64,000 bases of DNA from Synechococcales cyanobacterium CRU_2_2 (GTDB lineage Bacteria > Cyanobacteriota > Cyanobacteriia > PCC-9006 > JAAUQQ01): NCBI GenBank assembly GCA_012034805.1, contig JAAUOP010000003.1, positions 6,455-70,454 of the forward strand, read 5' to 3'. How positions within the stretch are numbered: position 1 is the first letter of the stretch; each line of letters opens with the position of its first letter. The translations under genes were made by a program, and so were the position numbers. Below the pieces are notes generated by a model, which worked only from the letters and a program-made list of their open reading frames with translations, was not told the DNA's origin and ran no database searches. Shown here one piece after another: positions 58,778-64,000 of the stretch.

Positions 58778-61700
58778 ATGCCCCGTCGCAACGACCTGAA
58801 AAAAATCATGCTCCTCGGCTCCGGCCCCATTGTGATTGGACAGGCCTGTGAATTTGACTATTCCGGAACCCAAGCCTGCAAGGCATTGAGGGAGGAAGGG
58901 TATGCAGTGGTGTTGGTCAATTCCAATCCGGCGACGATTATGACGGATCCGGAAATGGCGGATCGGACCTATGTCGAACCGCTGACGCCGGAGTTGGTGG
59001 CCAAGATTATTGAGCAGGAGCGTCCGGATGCCATGCTGCCGACGATGGGGGGGCAAACGGCGCTGAATTTGGCGGTGGCGCTGTCGAAGGATGGAACGCT
59101 GGAGAGGTTTGGAGTGGAGCTGATTGGGGCGAAGTTGCCCGCGATCGAAATGGCCGAAGACCGGCTGTTGTTCAAGGAGGCCATGGCGCGCATTGGCGTG
59201 GCGGTGTGTCCGTCGGGGATTGCCGAGTCGATGGCGGAGGCGCGGGCGATCGCCCAGCAGATTGGCAGCTATCCGCTGATTATTCGTCCGGCGTTTACGA
59301 TGGGCGGCAACGGCGGCGGCATTGCCTACAACCAAGAAGAATATGAGGCGATCGCCCAATCTGGCATTGACGCCAGTCCGGTGGATCAGATTTTGGTGGA
59401 ACAGTCGCTGCTGGGCTGGAAGGAGTACGAGCTGGAGGTGATGCGGGATCTGGCGGATAACGTGGTGATTATCTGCTCGATCGAAAATTTGGATCCGATG
59501 GGGGTGCACACGGGCGACTCGATTACGGTGGCTCCGGCCCAGACGCTGACAGACAAGGAATACCAGCGATTGCGGGATGCGGCAATTAAGATCATTCGCG
59601 AAATTGGCGTGGAGACCGGGGGCTCGAATATCCAGTTTTCGGTGAATCCGGAGAACGGGGATTTCATTGTGATTGAGATGAATCCTCGGGTGTCACGCAG
59701 CTCGGCGCTGGCCTCGAAGGCGACGGGGTTTCCGATCGCGAAGCTGGCGGCGAAGCTGGCGGTGGGCTATACGCTCAATGAGTTGACCAATGACATCACT
59801 CGGGAGACGCCCGCGTCGTTTGAGCCGACGATTGATTATGTGGTGACCAAGATTCCTCGGTTTGCCTTTGAAAAGTTTCCGGGTACTGCGCCGGTGCTGA
59901 GCACTCAGATGAAGTCGGTGGGCGAGGCGATGGCAATCGGACGAACCTTTAATGAGTCGTTTCAGAAGGCGTTGCGATCGCTGGAAACGGGCCGGGCTGG
60001 CTGGGGTTGCGATCGTCCAGAAACCCTGCCCAGTCTCAACCAAATTCGCCCAATGCTGCGCACGCCCAACCCCGAGCGCATCTTTACGTTACGTCAGGCG
60101 ATGATTTTGGGAATGACCGTGGAGGAGATTTTTGAGCTGACGGCGATCGATCCCTGGTTTTGGACAAAATGCAGGAGCTGTTGGAGGTCGAAAAGTTTCT
60201 CAAGCGCTTGAAGTTGGCCAACCTGGATGCCGCGACCATGCTGCGCGTGAAACAGCAGGGGTTTAGCGATCGCCAAATTGCCTACGCTACCAAAACCACC
60301 GAAGGTGAAGTCCGGAATCACCGCAAGTCCCTGGGGGTGATTCCGGTGTACAAGACCGTGGACACCTGCGCGGCGGAGTTTGAAGCGTTTACGCCCTATT
60401 ACTATTCGGCCTACGAGCAGGGCGCGGAACGGGTGGCGACCGGGACAAATCCAAACGCAGATGCCAACGCAGATGCCAACGCAGACCCGATCGTTGTGAC
60501 CACCGCGCCTGAGTCGGAGGTGTTGGCTTCGACGCGACCTAAGGTGATGATCTTAGGGGGTGGCCCCAACCGGATTGGCCAGGGCATTGAGTTTGACTAC
60601 TGCTGCTGCCATGCCTCGTTTTCCTTGCGGGAGGACGGCTTTGAGACAATTATGGTCAACTCCAATCCGGAGACGGTTTCGACGGACTATGACACGAGCG
60701 ATCGCCTCTATTTTGAGCCCCTCACCCAAGAAGATGTGCTGAATATCCTGGAGGCCGAAAATCCCCAGGGCATCATTGTCCAGTTCGGCGGCCAAACCCC
60801 GTTGAAGCTGGCTGTGCCGTTGCAACACTATTTGTCGTCGGTTGCCCAAAGCGGTGATCCCCTGGCCGTCACGAGTCAAATCTGGGGAACCTCTCCCGAC
60901 TCCATTGACGCTGCCGAGGACCGCGAACGCTTCGAGAAAATTTTGCGGGAACTCGAGATCAAACAGCCCCCGAACGGCCTCGCCCGCAGCTACAACGAAG
61001 CCCTGCGGGTGGCCCAGCGGGTCACCTATCCCGTGGTGGTACGCCCCAGTTATGTTCTGGGGGGTCGGGCGATGGAAATTGTCTTTTCGGATGCCGACCT
61101 CGAACGCTACATGACCCAAGCGGTGCAGGTGGAGCCGGATCACCCGATTTTGATTGATAAGTTTTTGGAAAATGCCACGGAGGTGGATGTGGATGCGATC
61201 GCCGACCACCAGGGCAACGTGGTCATCGGCGGCATCCTCGAGCACATCGAACAAGCGGGCGTTCACTCCGGCGACTCCGCCTGCTCGCTGCCCACGGTCT
61301 CCCTCAGCGATGCCGCCCTCGCCACCATCCGCGAATGGACGATTAAGCTGGCCAAAGCTCTCAAGGTCGTGGGTCTGATGAACATTCAATTTGCCACCCA
61401 GGGCGATCAGGTCTTTATTATCGAAGCCAACCCCCGCGCCTCCCGCACGGTGCCCTTTGTCTCCAAGACGATCGGGATTCCCCTAGCCAAAATGGCCTCC
61501 CGCGTGATGTCAGGAAAAACCCTGGCGGAGTTAAATTTCACCGAAGAAGTCATTCCCAAACATCTCTCGGTCAAGGAAGCGGTGCTGCCGTTCGATCGTT
61601 TCCCTGGTACCGACACGATTCTCGGCCCGGAAATGCGCTCCACCGGCGAAGTGATGGGGATCGACGTCGATTTTGGCCGCGCCTTTGCCAAGGCCGAGTT

Positions 61701-62121
61701 AGCGGCTTCGCAGGATCTACCCCAGACGGGCACCGTGTTCGTGTCGATGAACGATCGTGACAAACCCGCCATCATCCCCGTGGTTCAGGAACTCGTCACC
61801 CTAGGTTTTCGGATCGTCGCTACAGCGGGGACTCGCAATATTCTTCAGGAAAACAACCTGCCGGTTACTCGCATCTTCAAGGTACACGAGGGTCGCCCCC
61901 ACATCCTCGACGCGATCAAAAACCGGGAGATTCAGCTGATCTTGAATACCCCTGCGGGCGAACTTGCCCAGGAAGACGATCGCGCCATCCGCCGCACTGC
62001 CCTGTCCTACAAAATTCCAACTATTACCACCGTGGCGGGTGCCCGAGCCACTGCCGCCGCCCTGCGCGCCCTTCAGGAAAACCCCCTAGAGGTTAAAGCG
62101 ATTCAGGATTATCATGCTTGA
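58778..62121 (+). pseudogene. carB: carbamoyl-phosphate synthase large subunit; frame break in a T4 run at 60158-60161
   Basis: [42 protein letters not shown]... The first ORF ends ...[11 protein letters not shown]. With one extra T it reads [20 protein letters not shown]..., continuous with ORF 60160..62121 (second ATP-grasp half, MGS-like tail). The total is 1115 codons. An (NADA)n insertion encoded by a 12-bp x3 repeat lies at 60454-60489. Confidence 0.95.
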
Positions 62122-62171
62122 TCAGAGCCGGTTTGATTCAATTAGCATTCCCAACTTGCATTCCTAGGACG

Positions 62172-62681
62172 CTAGAAAATTTCGTCGGCGTAAAAGCGAT
62201 AAAACAGCAGTTCGTTCTCGAAACCATGCTCATCTAGCACATGGTGCATCAGGTGGTTTTCCACCATGAGCTCGCCGAGACGGATGGCTTCGGGGATGAT
62301 CGCGCCGCGATGATGTTGCAACCAGGCCACTAGCTCAGTGCCCGTAAAGCAGCGGCGGTAGATTTTGAGGCGATGTTTGCGATCGCGAATGGGCAAGCCA
62401 CTCTCCCCCCGCAGGGCCTCCACCAGGGCTAAGAGCTCCGCCAGGGGGAATTGGCGCAGATCCAGCAAAGACTGCTGCTTGACCAAAATTTGCCCCATGT
62501 GCAGAAACTGTTTTAAGCTGGCCCAAGACTCGTCCGAGTTTCGTGCCAGCCAGGCCTCGCAGAGCTGGTTGCTTTGAAGCGGCATCATGGAATAACGCAT
62601 CAACAGCAAACTCTGCACTTGATCCCTCGGTGAACTAGAGGTCACAGAACCTGGAGTCTTGGATGGGGCAATGTTAAACAT
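62172..62681 (-). CDS. DEP domain-containing protein
   Basis: The C-terminal LPIRDRKHRLKIYRRCFTGTELVAWLQHHRGAIIPEAIRLGELMVENHLMHHVLDEHGFENELLFYRF fits the DEP (Dishevelled/Egl-10/Pleckstrin) winged-helix pattern. No family recognised for the N-terminal ~80 aa. Confidence 0.65.
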   Translation of the reverse strand: MFNIAPSKTPGSVTSSSPRDQVQSLLLMRYSMMPLQSNQLCEAWLARNSDESWASLKQFLHMGQILVKQQSLLDLRQFPLAELLALVEALRGESGLPIRDRKHRLKIYRRCFTGTELVAWLQHHRGAIIPEAIRLGELMVENHLMHHVLDEHGFENELLFYRFYADEIF

Positions 62682-62767
62682 GGGCGATCTGATTACTGCG
62701 CTAAGAAAAACTGTGTGAGTCTAGTTTTCCCAGTTCGGTTCAATTGTATTGGCCCAACCCACATCAC

Positions 62768-64000
62768 CTACAGATAGCGAAAGCTGCCGAGATCGAGGTT
62801 GGATGCATTGCGAAAGCCCGCGATCGCGTCCCCCCCCTTCCACCGTGCCCCGAAAAATCCAGGTATCCGTTGCATCCCGGCGGATGCTGTAGTCGCTTGC
62901 CTCACCAAACAGAACCAGCTGATCCACTCCCACCTCAAAGTTTTCCACCCAAGCAAAATCGCTCCAGCCCTGGGTAGCATACAACGGACCTGTGGCATTG
63001 CCGAGAACCACGCTCTCTGCCCCAGGCTCACCCACAACAATCGTGCTCGGCTCGGTTGCGGCTTCGGTGGCAGTTTCCTCAAGGCTAGCCAATGCGCCCC
63101 CGCCGACCCGAATTCCAGGCAAGGCGTCCAGCGCTGCATCGCTCAGGGGCTGCCCGCCATATTTGCTGTACATTCGAGCCACAGCGCCTGTATAGCCCGC
63201 GTTGTATTCTAAGGACACCTCATTGGCACGAAAATCGGCCCTGACGTCCGCATAGCTAAAATCATCTACTTTGGCGGGGCCACCCACGAGTGCGCCGTAG
63301 ATGATATTGGTGTTGGGGCGATCGCTCTCCCAAACAGCTTCATCCGTATAGCCCGCAGCCGCCTGGTGATGAACCCGCTGGGGCGCATTATTGCCAAACC
63401 CCACCACGTAGCTAGAATTGCGGGGATTGTCGCCCAAAAGATAGTTGATTTGCTGCTCGGCAAAGGCGCTGTAGCTCCCGCCTGGATCTGCGATGGTATC
63501 TGCATAAACCCCTGCAACAAAGGCCGTGTTAGCACTCAATCGCAGCGACCCCCATTCCGTCAGCCAAGTCAGCCCACCCGAAGTTCTGGGCACCGAGCCC
63601 CCCGGCAGCCAGTTGCCCAGCCAATCTTCAATGTCGTTGCGATAACGCTCTTTGCCAGTTTCCTGAGCCAGCAGCACCGCTGCCCCTTGGGACTTGTTAT
63701 CCCAGTCCTGGGTCCAGCCAAAGTTCAAACTGGTATAGTTCGATTCTGCCTTGTTCAGATAAGCGGTCGAGGTGCTGCCCTGGGCCTTGAGACCCTTATG
63801 AATCCAGATGGCACCCCAGCTCAATTCGTCCTCAAAGCCGCTCCGGGTGACATAGGCGTTGGTTTCCTCGCTCAGCAGTGCGCTATAACCCCGCCGATAG
63901 GTATCCGCAAACTCATACAGCTGTATCGCATTGCTCAGGAGGCGATCGGCATAGGCCTTGTCCGTTGGACGAAAGATAACGGAGGCAGCGGCCAGGGCGG
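62768..64000 (-). pseudogene. glycoside hydrolase family 9 endoglucanase (5' end outside the window); frame break in a C8 run at 62830-62837
   Basis: GH9 blocks: DELSWGAIWIHK, QRVHHQAAAG, IYGALVGGPAKVDDFSYADVRADFRANEVSLEYNAGYTGAVARMY. The frame stays open upstream to 64000 (..LAAASVIFRPTDKAYADRLL..). After ...WIFRGTVEGG the track frame gives a nonsense-looking tail. The neighbouring frame gives DAIAGFRNASNLDLGSFRYL* (stop at 62768), a typical cyanobacterial C-terminal tail. Confidence 0.85.

Overview
Chromosomal segment of a cyanobacterium. The HIP1 octamer GCGATCGC is scattered through the whole window, and the gene content includes psb27, ycf36/CGLD27, a CCB1-like gene, a cyanoexosortase and a group-2 sigma factor. 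I recognise about 55 protein genes, mostly housekeeping: ligA (partial), thiO, rpsU, pyrB, moaE, purA, ridA, add, pstSCAB, lpxD, carB, rsfS and amiC. There are also envelope/EPS genes: cyanoexosortase plus partner protein plus two PEP-CTERM substrates, GT2/GtrA, GT4, an O-antigen-ligase-like gene, an L,D-transpeptidase and a GH9 cellulase. The most interesting locus is the single tRNA. It is an initiator tRNA-fMet split by a 282-nt ORF-less group I (IC3-type) intron, followed by a strong terminator and then a free-standing I-Ssp6803I-like PD-(D/E)XK endonuclease gene. Other notable points: (1) a trypco1/CU044_2847-like gene joined by a TAATG stop/start overlap to an amidase-signature enzyme; (2) more than 20 short tandem-repeat arrays with 11-17 bp units, several of which duplicate start-codon regions (pyrB, the DUF4351 gene, the amidase, the ABC ATPase); (3) a canonical 3-unit Pho box next to a 13-bp array upstream of pstS; (4) at least 14 single-base frame breaks in 11 genes, most of them in or at short same-base runs and hitting essential genes (ligA, purA, carB), so most likely assembly/base-calling errors rather than biology. 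No rRNA, CRISPR array, classical IS-type transposase gene (only one Rpn/YhgA-like DUF4351 gene) or prophage genes were recognised. All family assignments come from motif reading and memory. No searches were run.
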